From Lingula anatina (lineage: Eukaryota > Animalia > Brachiopoda): a stretch of 64,000 nt of DNA. Each line of letters opens with the position of its first letter. Position 1 is the stretch's first letter. Under the pieces are notes generated by a model. The model did no database searches. It saw nothing but the letters and a program-made list of their open reading frames with translations, and was not told the DNA's origin. The stretch lies in the NCBI GenBank assembly GCA_051362555.1, contig CM120640.1, forward strand, positions 1,426,001-1,490,000. Reading direction: 5' to 3'. Shown piece after piece: positions 12,096 through 25,285 of the stretch. The translations under genes were made by a program, and so were the position numbers.

Positions 12096-15056
12096 ATGCT
12101 GTTGCGGCATAAAATAGTGATAGCTTTTTCTCTACTTCTAATAATCAGTAGTCTGTGTAAGAGTCACGCTTGTGGAGATAACCCCATGGTAACCGTGAGG
12201 ACTTTTGCTGCAAAAAAAGGTAAGGATTTTTATTCTTCTTCAAAGCAATCAACTGCTGGTGCACTAATGCGTGCATTTGAATTAGAAATTGGTTTGTCTG
12301 TTTTGTCTCTGAGTTCACATTGTTACATACAGTGTAACTTGAGATCATAAGGAACAGAGTAGGCCTACATTTCATTTGCTAAATGTGCAGTAAGCCCACT
12401 CTTAATGCCGTATACCGCAGCATCAAATCGTACAGAATTTAATAGACGCGTTGGTCAAAAATTTGGCGTTTTACATAAAAATATGATTGGTCTGCACACT
12501 AGAGATATATTAAAATTGATTACCCTACTAAAGAATGGATTGATAAAAAAGAAATCGTAGTAAAACAACCCACTGCAAAAGGACAGATCACGTGATCTGT
12601 GACGCGATACTTGCTGACGTGCACCAAGCAGCTAGCATAAGGTGTAGGACCAAACTGAAGGTAGAAAAGGTGTGTTCTTTGACGTTAAGACACTGAAAAA
12701 ACACCTGGGCCCCGTAACTCGAAAGCATCGCGCATTGCGACCGAGCGCAAGCGTCTCGATTCCATAACTTGCCCATACCCGCCATATATAATACACTGTA
12801 GTCTCTATGTGATATCGCTATTGGCGATACGCGATGTTTTTGAGTTATGGGATCCTGGGCGCCTGCAATTAAATATTTCTTGAAAAGAATCAACAAGGAG
12901 ACATACATACGAGTTTTGTTTTCTCGATTCAATGTCTGTGAAAAAAAAACAAACTTTTGACCAGTTTGAACGATGGGAATAAATGTTGTTAGGTCTTAGA
13001 GTTCAATGGTTTTCGATATCTACAAAGGATTAAATCATTTGTGATAACAAGCCGACCATCGGTGTAAGCATTTCGTATTTCCTAACAAGGACCACGTTAA
13101 ACTCTTTTAGATAAATACCAAAAGACACCATTTCATATTACCCAAAAGTGATATTTGAACGGATTTTTTCTGCTTGATTTCTGTGCTGTACACAAACGGG
13201 ACAGAAAAGTCGGTCAGATAATAAAGTTAAATTTAAGACCAAAAATGTGAAAAAGGTGCAGTTTAAAGCTCTTTTATGGCTGATCGTGCTATTAATTCGG
13301 TTTCTCGCTTGGCATTTCGACTTTATTTGTGTTGTTTAAGAAACAAGTAGCAGTGGTGTATATGAGTAACTGGGAATCCACTGTCCACCGACGCTTGGTT
13401 CAAATGTACCTTTCATAAATGAATGCAACACAATACAAAACTTGAAGATCATTTTGAAAATTAATTAATCTAAACAAATACATTGTTTAGCTGGCAATGC
13501 TGCGTTCATAAAGATTTATTGAGCCGTCATTAATCACTTGTAATGCGTTTCCAAACACCTTACTGGTGAGCTCAATATGACGACTCAAGGAGATAACTAA
13601 TTTGATGACAACGACAAGCATCCCTCAGACATAACGAAGAAGGTGCATTATTTTCAAAGCTGGATATCTACAAAACAGAAACCCAATTTGCATATTTTGA
13701 ATCTATGCTTGGACAAGTTTTCTGAAATATACACGCCACCCGTTATTCGATATTTCACTCACGCTAATACATGATATTGCCAATGACATATAACGTTGAA
13801 TGTTTTAAATAGAAGTTTGGTATATAAAAACGATCCTTGACTTACACAATGTCGAATTAAAGGTTGTAGGTCTACTATACATACACGTCGACGTATTTTT
13901 ACTGGGCCTTTTGGTTGCATTGACAGTATGAAGAAACCTTCTAACCTTTGCCGATGTGTACAAGTGGTGATACATGTAGAGTCCGGTTCTCATCTCACCA
14001 TCTCTTGTCGTCACGATCTCTTGACACGAACGCCGTCGTGCGCAAACATACCTGTAAATTGACGCAGTGTCTTAATGTCAGTGCGTTTTTCACGTATGGG
14101 TGAAAGATGGAGATGAGTTAAATTGGCAATATTTCGAATGCTGACGAACTCGAACACACGCTCGCGCGGGCACTCACGCACACACACAACACACACAAGA
14201 AAAAATATTAAGGGCACATCATCTTAGCGTGTTATTGTCTCAATCTCGAGTTACTCAATTCACAATGATATTTCCCAATTTAAACCTCGTTCCAAATCTA
14301 AATAGAATGCAGAATTGCATAAACAGAGGCAAACATAGGCAAGCCAACTCTTTTTGGGACAAATTTATTTCTTTAGCATAACGACCTTTCTACAGAATCT
14401 TATCTGTATTGTAAGATAAGAAAAAGAACTCAAACAAAATTTCAATTTTTGATTTAAAAATAATAAATCGATTAAAGATAAATATTCTATCATTAGTTAG
14501 ATATAAACCCCAAATAGTTTTAAAATGCATTATGTATACCTCCATATATGCAGAATCCCTTTAAAAGAGAAAGAAACAGTTTCCTGCTCAACAAAAGAAT
14601 AAGAAAGAAATCAAGAAATTGAAAAAGACAGAAAGAAACGGAGAATACATTCTTTGATGTCATTTCCGTTCCTGATTTAAAACAAAAAAAAAAAAACTTT
14701 CTGTCGTCAGCTTTCAGTTATTAAAGTAAATCATCAAATTCTAATAAGGCCTTCCTTTCTATAATCTTCTAGGTTTTACTCAACAGTACGCCATGCAGTG
14801 GCTGCGGGAGAACTACGCTCGTATGTACGAGGAAGTGATGAGTCGATACGAGGACTATAAGAACTGTGTCGCTATGGTAGATACCGGCTATTTTAAACGA
14901 GAGCACCCGGAGAGAGGGACAGTGTACGGCACAGGACGCTTCCAAGTGGCGTATAATACCGCCATCACTGGCTACAGGGAACAAGGTAGCAGCAAAGGCT
15001 TCTGGGAAGGTACATATAGATTCAAGGATAAATATAGATATGAGATTAAAAAGTAA
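12096..15056 (+). CDS. Unidentified 135-aa secreted protein or putative peptide precursor; coding exons 12096-12219 and 14773-15056
   Basis: tttcag|ATG; hydrophobic signal peptide MLLRHKIVIAFSLLLIISSLCKSHA; phase-1 donor G|gtaagg at 12220 joins acceptor ttctag|GT at 14773 in frame (AAKK-G-FTQQYAMQWLRENY...). Confidence 0.75.
12707..12855. mobile_element. Short MITE; inverted relative at 55346-55497
   Basis: Imperfect TIR GGGCCCCGTAACTCGAAA / TTTGAGTTATGGGATCC; the interior matches the reverse complement of ~55440-55497. Confidence 0.65.
12889..13467 (+). repeat. ~570-bp dispersed repeat, copy 2 (intronic)
   Basis: Direct repeat of 10909-11479 with only a few substitutions and indels. Confidence 0.95.
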
Positions 15057-16629
15057 AGAAACTGAATTGTACGTTTTCAGGTATCTTTGCAGTCTTAAAA
15101 ACATTTGCTTTGCAATAATGAAACATACTTGTAAATAGAATAACCTTTACATGCTAATGCGTTAAATGGTACTGTCACACCTGACGTACAGCACTAACGT
15201 TTGGGACAAATTGAACATACGCAGGCAAACGTTGGTGTACGTCCGCCTACGCAGAGGGAGATGAAATATCTTCAGCTTGTTCAAAAGCAATTTCATGATA
15301 TTTTATCTCTTGTATCTTTACTTTAATGCGCTGGAAACAGGGTGGTTTCATACGCTCAAAGTTGTGCGTATCATCGATGACACATACGATATACTTATAC
15401 GTACTGTAGGGGCCTACGACTTTACGCAAGGTGTGACTGAGCCTTAAGTTTTATTTTAAATGGAGTTATGACGTGAGGTACAGGCCGTGTTAAAGTAGAA
15501 AACTACATGTTCATCAGTTTGATACTCAGTTAACCTATGATATGTATTACTTGATTTCTGCAGGCTTCAAAAGCATGGTAAAAGGTATTCTCTGAAGAGT
15601 GGATAATGAAACCATCGATAACAGTACCGCGCAAAAGAAGCTGGGAAATTGGCGACACCATGTAGCTGGTACTGTAACTCCATAAATACAGTTGAACGGC
15701 ACCTTTGTGTAACTCCATATACACAGTTGAGCTGAAAACGTCAACGTGATTGGAGGAACAGCAGGCACGCCCATACGTATACACACATTGAACTTCCGCT
15801 TGAATCTTAAAATTAGACTGAGGAAATTGCTATGTTTTTTTTTTAATTTAAACAAATAAAAGAAAATAGATTAAATAGAATTGACTTGTCATAGAGTTAA
15901 TTTTCTTTTAAATGTTATATATGCCGAGAGTAAATTCTGAATGATTTTGTAGGGGCCTATGCAAGTTCGGGCGTCTGTGTTTGTAAGAGCGAGCGTTAGG
16001 CCTACTAACTTAATTTTCCCCACAAATAATGACGCCATGTGGGCGAAGTATCAGGTAGATTAACAATATTCAGACAGAAATTGATTCTAGTCTCAAATCA
16101 GTTACGAGATTTTCACGTTCATGATTACTCGAAGTGAAAGTTATATTTACGGAGACATAATAAAGAATGAAGGTCGTAGTGGAGGCGGAGGAAATCGCTG
16201 AGCTCAACACGGTCTCTCTGAACTGTTACATAACAAAACAACATGTTATATTTTTAGAATCATTCTTTCGTAGGTACAGGGATAATTAGTTTTTTTTTCA
16301 TTCTTCGCTTGGTTAAAGCCTGTTATCGTACACTGAACACGCTATTTCAAAAACCAATTGCTTTTTTTATTTGTATACTCTACATTTAAGTCACGATATA
16401 TGGTCGTGTATGGCATATTATTCCTAATCATCCGGTAGTCTGTGGTTGCCTGTAGAGCTTCTCGTATGAAAGAAGCTTCTTCTATCCACAGTCTCATTTA
16501 AGTTGACTACAACATTATGATCGAGTTTTTTTATTCTTTTTATTTGTTTATTCTTTTTTCTAATGTTCCAATATACAATATACCACTGTCGCATGTACCA
16601 TTCGTGAATAGATTAATTCAACCTGACAT

Positions 16630-16635
<6 letters not shown>

Positions 16636-16676
<41 letters not shown>
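16636..16676. repeat. (CT)n microsatellite
   Basis: Directly visible. Confidence 0.95.
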
Positions 16677-16679
<3 letters not shown>

Positions 16680-16988
16680 TTGAATCGAAAAAAAATGCAG
16701 GGCATCAGAAAGCAGAACATTGATAAACCGCTGATATTCCTCCTCCTCAAATGTTTCACGCAAGTTTTACGTTAAAGATATTTAAATTGTGAAGGGGAAT
16801 CTTTTGGAATGACCCATTATAAAGAAAACACTCTGATAATATATAAATAAAGCTAATTCTTACTTAGAAATACAGTAAAACATCCGTTATTTTGAAATCG
16901 TATCACTCTAACCTGCGAAAAATACAGTGGAGGATCATCTTGAATCAACGTTGAAGTGAATTATCGATGTCAAGTTTTGCTTCACCAC

Positions 16989-17087
16989 GAGCATGCGCAC
17001 CTGCTGGTGACGTCACTCTGTAAACCATAAGAGTGCGGATTTGGGATGCCTTAACAACCCGAGATACTATCTTTTATAACGGTAAGT
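16989..17087 (+). promoter_or_regulatory. Probable NUDT9 promoter and first non-coding exon
   Basis: NRF1-like GCATGCGCA (16991-16999); palindromic CRE GTGACGTCAC (17007-17016); consensus donor G|gtaagt at 17082. Confidence 0.6.
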
Positions 17088-19464
17088 ATTCCACTAATAC
17101 CGCATGAGTTCACTGTTTTTCTTCCTCTATAGCATCGTAATACATTATATTAATGAAGGACGTAGAATACAGATAAAAGAACATTAAAGAACCCTAACAA
17201 TGTGAAACTCGAACGTGAAGAACCCATCGATCTTTAGAATCCTGGCTACACAATATGCAAGCACCACCCGTTTGGCTCCTATGACAGTATTGGAATGTCA
17301 TCCTTAACCTACGCACTGGACATATCAGCTTACATTGGTATGACAATGGCTAGTGATATGAGGAATATGACCATTACTGATTAGATACCGCATTGTGATG
17401 TCATCAGACTGGGGTTGCATAGAAGCTACTGATTACTATCACCATGATGTGTGAAATTTTCAAAAAGTAAAAAAAGGAAAGAAATAAAAGTAATTATAGA
17501 CAACATTTTATACATAGTAGTTTAGATGTTGGTTATTTCTAGCAGACCAGTGCTGATCATGCCATCATCATAGAACTCTAAATAAAATGCTCTCAGAATT
17601 GGAACCACAGAATAACAATAACAAAATAACACTTCTAAGACATAGGGAAATCTTTGGAGATACTGAAGGTTGGGAGCACCTGCACTACGAGAAAACTGCA
17701 GGTTCTCCCAGTTCTATAATTCTGGACAAAGTGTTTTATTTCCGCCAGGCTATGTTTGCATGTGATTTATTACTTTGTAATGTATTTTTACATAAACCTT
17801 GCCAGTCCAGAGGTTCTGTGATATAAAAAAAGTCTTGCAGGTTCTCTGGCATATTTAGTGATCATGACCAGTCGGATGGGCAGTTTCCCAATGTCTGTCT
17901 TTTTTGACACAGAAATCACACAAACTGTCATTTTTACTTTCTATACTTTAAGAATTATCAATAAATGTAGCTGGGGAGGGCTTATTTCACTTTCTTTGTT
18001 TTAGAAAGTATTACCTGTGTTGCTTTCATTTTTAATGTATATATAAATTATTTGATATTTGATTTCAGTGCAGTTTGTTCCTTTGAGTCCTTAGATATTG
18101 CCAGGTTAGGAGTTGTCATCTTAATCATAGCTATCGTGTGGCCTGCCAGCAGGTATCTACCTGTACTCAGACATTCCTTCTTCAACTACACGGTGAGTTC
18201 ACAAGTTTGCAGTTATAGCTCTGTAGTTGTTGGGCGATTTTAATGTGAATAATTCAAAGTTCCTCATGTACCTACATATATACGATTAATTTTCAATTTG
18301 AGAGAATTTAAAAATGTTTAACTGTGCACATCCCAGATGGATTGTTTTGGTGTCAAGGTTAGGGATATTAAAAATGACATGCTAAATAGTTATTCTAAAT
18401 TTAACAGCATCGTTGAAATTTAAATCTGAATGCTTTTTAAGGCTTTACCTGAAACTGTGACGAGAGTCTGCCACAGAATTTTAAAAAAAATTACCACATT
18501 ACACATATTTACAAGGTTGTTTCATGATATTTGGACACAGACCAGAAATAATGTTAGGCATATGATATATAATTTCTATGTACAAAAATGGCATATAATT
18601 GTTTTTCCTGGTTTTGTTTATTCACAAAAAAAATTGATTCAGGTTTCCCTTTAAAACCAAACGAAAACAAAAACCACATGATGAGAAAAACAAATATCAC
18701 AGAATGATATCACAGAATACTCTTTTGTCAAAATAATTTTCAGTACAAAAATGCACCTTGGAGGTAAAACTGGCTTCTTCAGAAGCCATAATATAAATAA
18801 ACTAATATTTGCACAAACCATGTGAATGCTAGATTGCTCCTAGGCCATTCTGTCATATTTGCAGTTAAATAGAGTTAGGTCTAGGGGGTCATCCATTTTT
18901 TTATTTTCACAAGTTTACAGAGCCTAGATTTTTGCCAGACCACCTCCTCCCTTCAGAGTGTACAAGATGAGATTCTAAAATTGATGACCTTTGACAGCAA
19001 TTTGGATCATCCTTTTTATTATTCCTCAAAAGTGAACAGGGGGCATTAACTCCCTCCCCTTTCCCCAGCCTATGGTTTGTAGACTTGTGAAAATGGTGAT
19101 AAAATTGATGGTCCCGTTACTAGTGAGTCCCAGTGTTTGCCTCTTAGGAAAATTAGTTGCTGGCCCGAAGGTCCAGCCATCCTGAAAAGTAGCTGGACCA
19201 ACTGTCTGCCGGGTGGGAAAACTTCTCAGCCCGTTCTGAAAGTTGTCGACCCCGGGCAGACGTTCCAGCATTAATTTCTAACACTGCTAGTGACTGACTT
19301 GACTTCAGAAATTGTTTTAGGGCCTTTTCACTACAAGTGGTACATTTCACTGGCCTGGTCCACTCTGAGAAGTGTTAACATGTCATAATGCAGTGGGGCT
19401 TACTCTCTTTCACAAGTTCTCCACAAATTACAGGATATGCAGACAAAAAACAGGGGCTGACTTA

Positions 19465-19676
19465 GACCCCATTCCCATAGATTTTAGATTGATCTATCTC
19501 ACTAGATTACTGTCAGCTTAGCCGGCTTATGCGTCTGTCCCGCCTGATAAAATCTGTAAGGGGGTAATTAACTATGGTGCGCGCTTGGCTGACTGCAATT
19601 TAGCGTGAACCCTCAGGGAGTTAGATCGATCTAAATCTAAATCTCTGGATTGATCTAAATCTCTGGGAATGCACCC
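19465..19676 (+). mobile_element. PIF/Harbinger (Tourist-like) MITE, copy 1
   Basis: TTA TSD; TIR core CATTCCCA(T/G)AGATTT; same family as 46383-46597. Confidence 0.8.
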
Positions 19677-20506
19677 TTAGAGGGACGTTCTATAACCAGA
19701 TACATGATTGCGGCTGTCCCATCTTGTCCTTCTGTAACCCCACATACTAATACTACTCCCTATGCTGCTCACTTATTTAACTCTGGGGTTATGGAGAAAA
19801 TAGATGGCAGGAAGTGATCTGAGATCAGCTTCCTGAAGTTTGGACTAGTACATTTTCTGTTCAAACTGATCTCAGCAGTGCTGAATTAAAGAAATGACAC
19901 CAGCGGGTTCCCTTAAAAGCTTTTCCGAGTTCCTGCTATGCTTGGTAGCTCAAGCGCTAAGAGCATGATGGTATACTTTTAACTCCGAGCTTTTGTATGT
20001 GGAAGCTAGGTGGAAGTCATTGTGAGTCTGTATGTTTTGAAGCAGGGGTTATTTTGATTGAAAAGGCAGCAAGAACCCTGGAAAGTTGTGGTAACAAAGT
20101 AACTGCGTATGTGGGTTGAAACATTCAGTCGGGTAGATTGACAGTCTTGACAGTTGATTTACTCCATCAAGCCTTTGGTGTCATTAGGTTTGGTGATTAC
20201 AAAGCTATGATTGAATTCACAGAGATCAATATTTGAGAAATACTTGAGTGGGTGATACATGGCATATTTGCAATACTGTAAATTACACAGCTATAGTCTA
20301 ATGCATGCTAGCTTTATGCTATTTTTCCCATCTAATCTCAGGTATATCAATGAGTTTGTTATACCTGGATATTGTAGTGCATGTGTACTTACTGAGGCTC
20401 TCTTAGCCATTGTTAGCAGATTGATTACTGAAAAGCACTTAAAGCTGAAATTTCTCCGAATCTAATCTCATTCAGTGTTATTTCATTGCAGTTGAATCGG
20501 TTTTAT

Positions 20507-23500
20507 ATGGGCAACAGCAACAGTACAACCACCATGACTTCAGTTCCGAAACCAAACTCACACTACAAGTGTCGTAATTGTCAGTACCCGCGTGGTGGAC
20601 CTCAGCGTTACGCAGTACCCGATGATAAAGTGTCCTGGAAGACAAATTACCCAGAATATGCACCCCCGGAATTTACCTCAGAATCTGTGTCTTCAGGACC
20701 GGTATGGGCAGATCCGGGAGTGACGTAAGTTGTTGTGGTGTTTTCTTTTATCATATTGTAGTCCTATATCTGGCACAATGCTTGTATATTAAAATAATAG
20801 CTAAATTTGTTTCTTTTTCAAATTGACACATTTTTGCTATCATTTGCTAATTCATCATTTATTAATTAAAGACGCTATATTGGTTAAAGCAAGGATATTA
20901 AAATAATAATAATGATAATTCATATAATATATAATTTGTTTTAATTGAAAATTTACCCATAAGTGTCAGATTGCCAAACCTGTTTAAATATTTGTCTCTT
21001 TCTCCTACTTTAACTTAACCAAACCATTTTAGTCATTGGTTTAACTGCCCATTATTACATATGTTGGAGATCAGCTTGGCTCTCAGGATCATTACTGTAG
21101 TGCAAAGAAACTAAAATAAGATACAGAATGGTGACTTCATAATTCATCAATACTGTGGTAGAAATTGGAATTGGATTGATCCCTGATCATAGTGGTAGTT
21201 TATAGATGGTGAGGTGTTTTACAAGTAAATGTGGTTCCAGGTAACAGTAATCATCATCAGGGAAATGACTCCACTTAAGAAACAGTTTAAATTAAACCTC
21301 AATATAAACATGTGTAGGCTATGGGTGTGTTGACAATTAACTTGCACACAAAATGTCTTTGTACCAATATGTTTTTTTATCTTTCCAGAGAGAAAGGGCC
21401 ACCACCTTTGAAATGGAATACTGTCCATGGCAAAGTAAACAGGGTCAGCCATATGGGTCAATATGAAGTAGTTAATGGCTTACCACAGTAAGTAATGGGC
21501 CAAAAAAAAAAACATGTTTGTATAGAGAAATATCATTTACTCTCTCTTTTAACTATGAAGTCTTATCTTAGTCTTTATGTCATATAATTTATTGATTTAT
21601 AGAAATGTCTGGACAGAGATTTCCAATTTTATGCATTTTGTGTGCTTTTTAATAGGCAGAATTAGAAGTATTATTTTAAATTATCGAGTTGAAAATCCAT
21701 GTCACAGCCCTTATTTAATTTGTTGTCTTGATAATCAGATATGATTTTTTTTTTGTGGTTTTCCACCTTAAGCAGCCCTCAGACCCTCAGTCCCAAGAAC
21801 CCTGAGTCATTTCTTTCTACTTTTTTTCTGTTAACCCAAAATGATGTCTTGCAAATAAAGTATTACAATGTTCTATATCCATATTAACTTTCCCAGTTTA
21901 TGTTGTGACAAGAAAACCTCACTTTTGCAGGAATCCCGTCGGGAGGACAGGAATTAGATCGCGGGGACATTTAGGACGTTGGGGGCCGAACCATGCAGCA
22001 GACCCTATTGTCACAAGGTAGAAAAACACAGTTGGGCTCTATCCAGATACACGTGTGGATCAATCTATCTTCAAGGGGATTCTTGCTAAATTGCAATCAA
22101 CTGAAGCAGTTTAGATGTCTGTCACATCTACTGAAGCTGCTAGGGGGTAATCAATTGTTGTTTAACTGGCTCAGTAGGCATGCCAGACATCTAAGTGGCT
22201 AAAGCTGAAAGCAGTTTAGAGAGAAACCCCTCAGAGATGGATCCCCCCCTCTCCCAACATATCTCTTTGTCAGGATTTCGCAGAGTGTATTGCTAAAGTA
22301 TACCATTCAATGTGAGAAGATCCTCCATCAGTTAAAATATGCTTCTTTAATGTGTTGAAATACTTTCTATTAAACTTTGATTTGAAAAGATGAAGTTTTG
22401 ACTTTTACTGAAACAGTTCTAATATTGGTATTAAAATATTAGAATAGCTTTAGTGAGTTATTTCAGTACTGTGTCATGTCTTTCTTAGTGTGTGATTGCA
22501 TGCGAATAAATCATGCCAGATTGAACTCAGAGGAAGTCAGCTCAGGTTGTTTCAAGACTGAAAACATATCGTATACCAAGGGTGTGTTATTTATCCTGAT
22601 CTTCTTTTTTTTTTTTTTTTTTGAACATTTGTCTTCATTCATTTGTCCTTTTTGACATCAGAGCCTCATGTCATGTTGGATTCATATATTATTTAGGTGC
22701 TATCTCAAACATTAAATATCTTGACCCTTTCTTTACTAGGTGGAAAAGAGATAAAAATGGTTCCAAGGTTATCCATCCAACAACCAAGAAGCCTATATTA
22801 CAGTTTGTTGCTATACAGAGAAAAGACAGTGGAGAGTGGGCTATACCTGGGGTAGGTTACCTGGGCGGAGTGTGATCTTTGCAGCTGTTTTGTTTCAAAC
22901 TCTCTGTAGTTATTCATTGACTAAAAGTTACATGTGAACCAAACGTTTTTTTTTCAACAGTTTAAAGATCATTTATCCTGTTTAATGCTACTTTATCAAT
23001 GTACACTTAACTAGGGTAGACCATAGATTTCTCACAAAATGGCTATCAGGTAGCATCCAGTCTGCTGAGGTTCTTTGGCAATTTTAGATATTAATTGGGA
23101 ACAATGCTACCCCAAATTTTCATAACCATTCCCCCTGCCCTGTATTTGGCATCATTATACAGACTTCCACAAAATACAGACAATTGATGGTGTGGTTTCA
23201 AAACTTATGTTAAAACTTAAGCAGTGAATTTGGATTGCAACTTCATATTTTTATAGAAGCCCACAAATTCATTTAATTTTAAAACCTAATTTTCTCTTCA
23301 TGACAAATTTTTATTTGAACTGTGTGGCCAGACTATGGGAAGAATTTGCTGTTGTATGCCAGTACAGTGTTGATTCTGTCATCAAATTAGTTATTTATTA
23401 TAAAAATTTATTTATCAGTAAAGAAGTTTTGTCATTTTATCACTAGGGCATGGTGGATGCTGGAGAGAGAGTCAGCGTCACTCTGAAGAGAGAGTTTGCT

Positions 23501-25285
23501 GAAGAAGCCATGAATTCCTTAGAAGCAAACTCAGAGGAAAAGGAGAAAATTAAAAAGTCCTTGGAAACATTATTTAGTAAAGGTGTTGAGGTAAGTTTTT
23601 GTTTTACTGATCAATAATCCAATGGACATGAACATTTTTACATTCAGTTTATCATGTTCATATGGATTTGGTAAAAATGCCAGTGATGTTAAATATTTGC
23701 ATGCATTTTAGCAGATGAAATGAAGTGAAAAAAGTGATTTAATAATTTTAGGTGATAAAGGGACCAGTGTAGTGATGATCCATACTCCTTGGAGACTTCT
23801 TTAATTTTACAGAGAACTATGACTACTTATAAATATACTACCTGGAATACCCCCCCCCTTTTTATTTTCTCAATCAGTGTCTAATGTAGTGAATAATGCC
23901 ATGAAATAAGAAAACTTGTTTCCCGTGTCAGGTATACCGAGGCTATGTGGACGACCCACGCAATACTGACAATGTCTGGATGGAGACGGTGGCTTACAAC
24001 TTCCATGATGATACAGGAGACAGCGTGGGGAAGTTTAATCTTAATGCGGGTAAAATACCACACCTACTATCATTTATAACTTGTGTATCCAGGTGTGAGA
24101 ATTTTAAAGAACTTTGGGCAGGGTTTTGTGTCAGTTTTTTCCAGACGTTTTGTTTAAAAGTTGATTATAAGCTTGGTCAGGAGTGAAATCAAGCTTAAAA
24201 TGAAACTTAAAAGTTGATTTAAAGCTTGATTTCACATCTGACCGAGGCTTTCCCCAGAGAACCCCCCAGCTTTCACTGGGAAGACCTCAAATGTCAGCCT
24301 ATATTTACAAAGATGGTTGGACAGCTTACAAAATATTTGGGTTGGTTGGTTGGCTGGGATTTTGGAACTCCCTGTAAATTGATGACCATATTGCAGATTC
24401 ACATTTTGGACTCCGTGTACCCCAGATCTTGGGGAACCCCTGATGTCCAGTTATAAAAATATTTCAATTTGTCTTAAAAAAAAAAAGAAGTTATCCTCAT
24501 TTACAAATGTAGTACTAAGATTTTGTAAGATTTGATTTGATTGGGTTTTATATTTCTGTTAGTGATTCAGATGGTTGTATCTCATTGGAGGTGGGGTGGG
24601 GTGAGGTGGGGTGGGGGGGGTGGGGTGAGGTGAGGTGAGGTGAGGTGGGGTGGGGTGAGGTGAGGTGAGGTGGGGTGAGGTGGGGTGGGGGGGGGGGTGG
24701 GGTGAGGTGGGGTGGGGGGGAGCTTTCAAAACAAAAACGAAACTCTTTAACCTTTAAAGTGGTCTAAACTTTCATATCATAATTGTAAACTAATTAAGTG
24801 AAACATTGCACCTGTTTTATAACATGAAAGACGTGGCTGATAATAAGATCAATATTTACGTTAAAGGGACCAGTGTGGACTTATCATAGAATGAAAGTAG
24901 ATCTAATTTTTGGTTCACAATTTTCTACCAATTTTGTTGCCCAAAGTCCTTTTATGAAACTTTCCCCAGCTACCGTTGTGATAATGTCTCTCTTAGACCA
25001 CCGTCACGGAATCAACCTTACACTGTCAACATAAACCGCAACTGTTTGTGGCAGTAACTTGACATTTGATCTCTCCATTCATTTGATATTGCTATGCCTA
25101 ATTTCACTCATGGAAATGTCAGTTAACATGGATGGTAACATTACACTAAACAGGTTTTATTTCATTTTTCAGGTGATGATGCTGGCAATGTGAAGTGGAC
25201 CGATATCAGCAGCTCTCTTCAGCTCTTTGCCAGCCATGTGGATTTTATAGAAAAAGTAGCTAAGAAGAATAATGCACATTGGTGA
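20507..25285 (+). CDS. NUDT9: ADP-ribose pyrophosphatase NUDT9-like; exons 20492(ATG 20507)-20724, 21389-21487, 21931-22017, 22740-22851, 23447-23590, 23932-24049, 25173-25285
   Basis: Spliced translation gives [67 protein letters not shown]...KREFAEEA (Nudix box), [31 protein letters not shown]. All introns are GT-AG with matching phases. Confidence 0.96.
24587..24720 (+). repeat. (GGGGT/GAGGT)n G-rich pentamer repeat, potential G-quadruplex, in the last NUDT9 intron
   Basis: Directly visible; many G3+ tracts. Confidence 0.9.

Noticed and set aside
10909-13467. The paired 570-bp repeats as LTRs of one retroelement (TRIM/LARD)
   Set aside because: There are no TG..CA ends, PBS, PPT or enclosing TSD, and the interior holds a host exon.
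15530-15855. C1q-like resemblance (STVYMELHKG..., GFII)
   Set aside because: The similarity is too weak and lacks the diagnostic F...G.Y.F motifs; kept only as a low-confidence divergent transcript.
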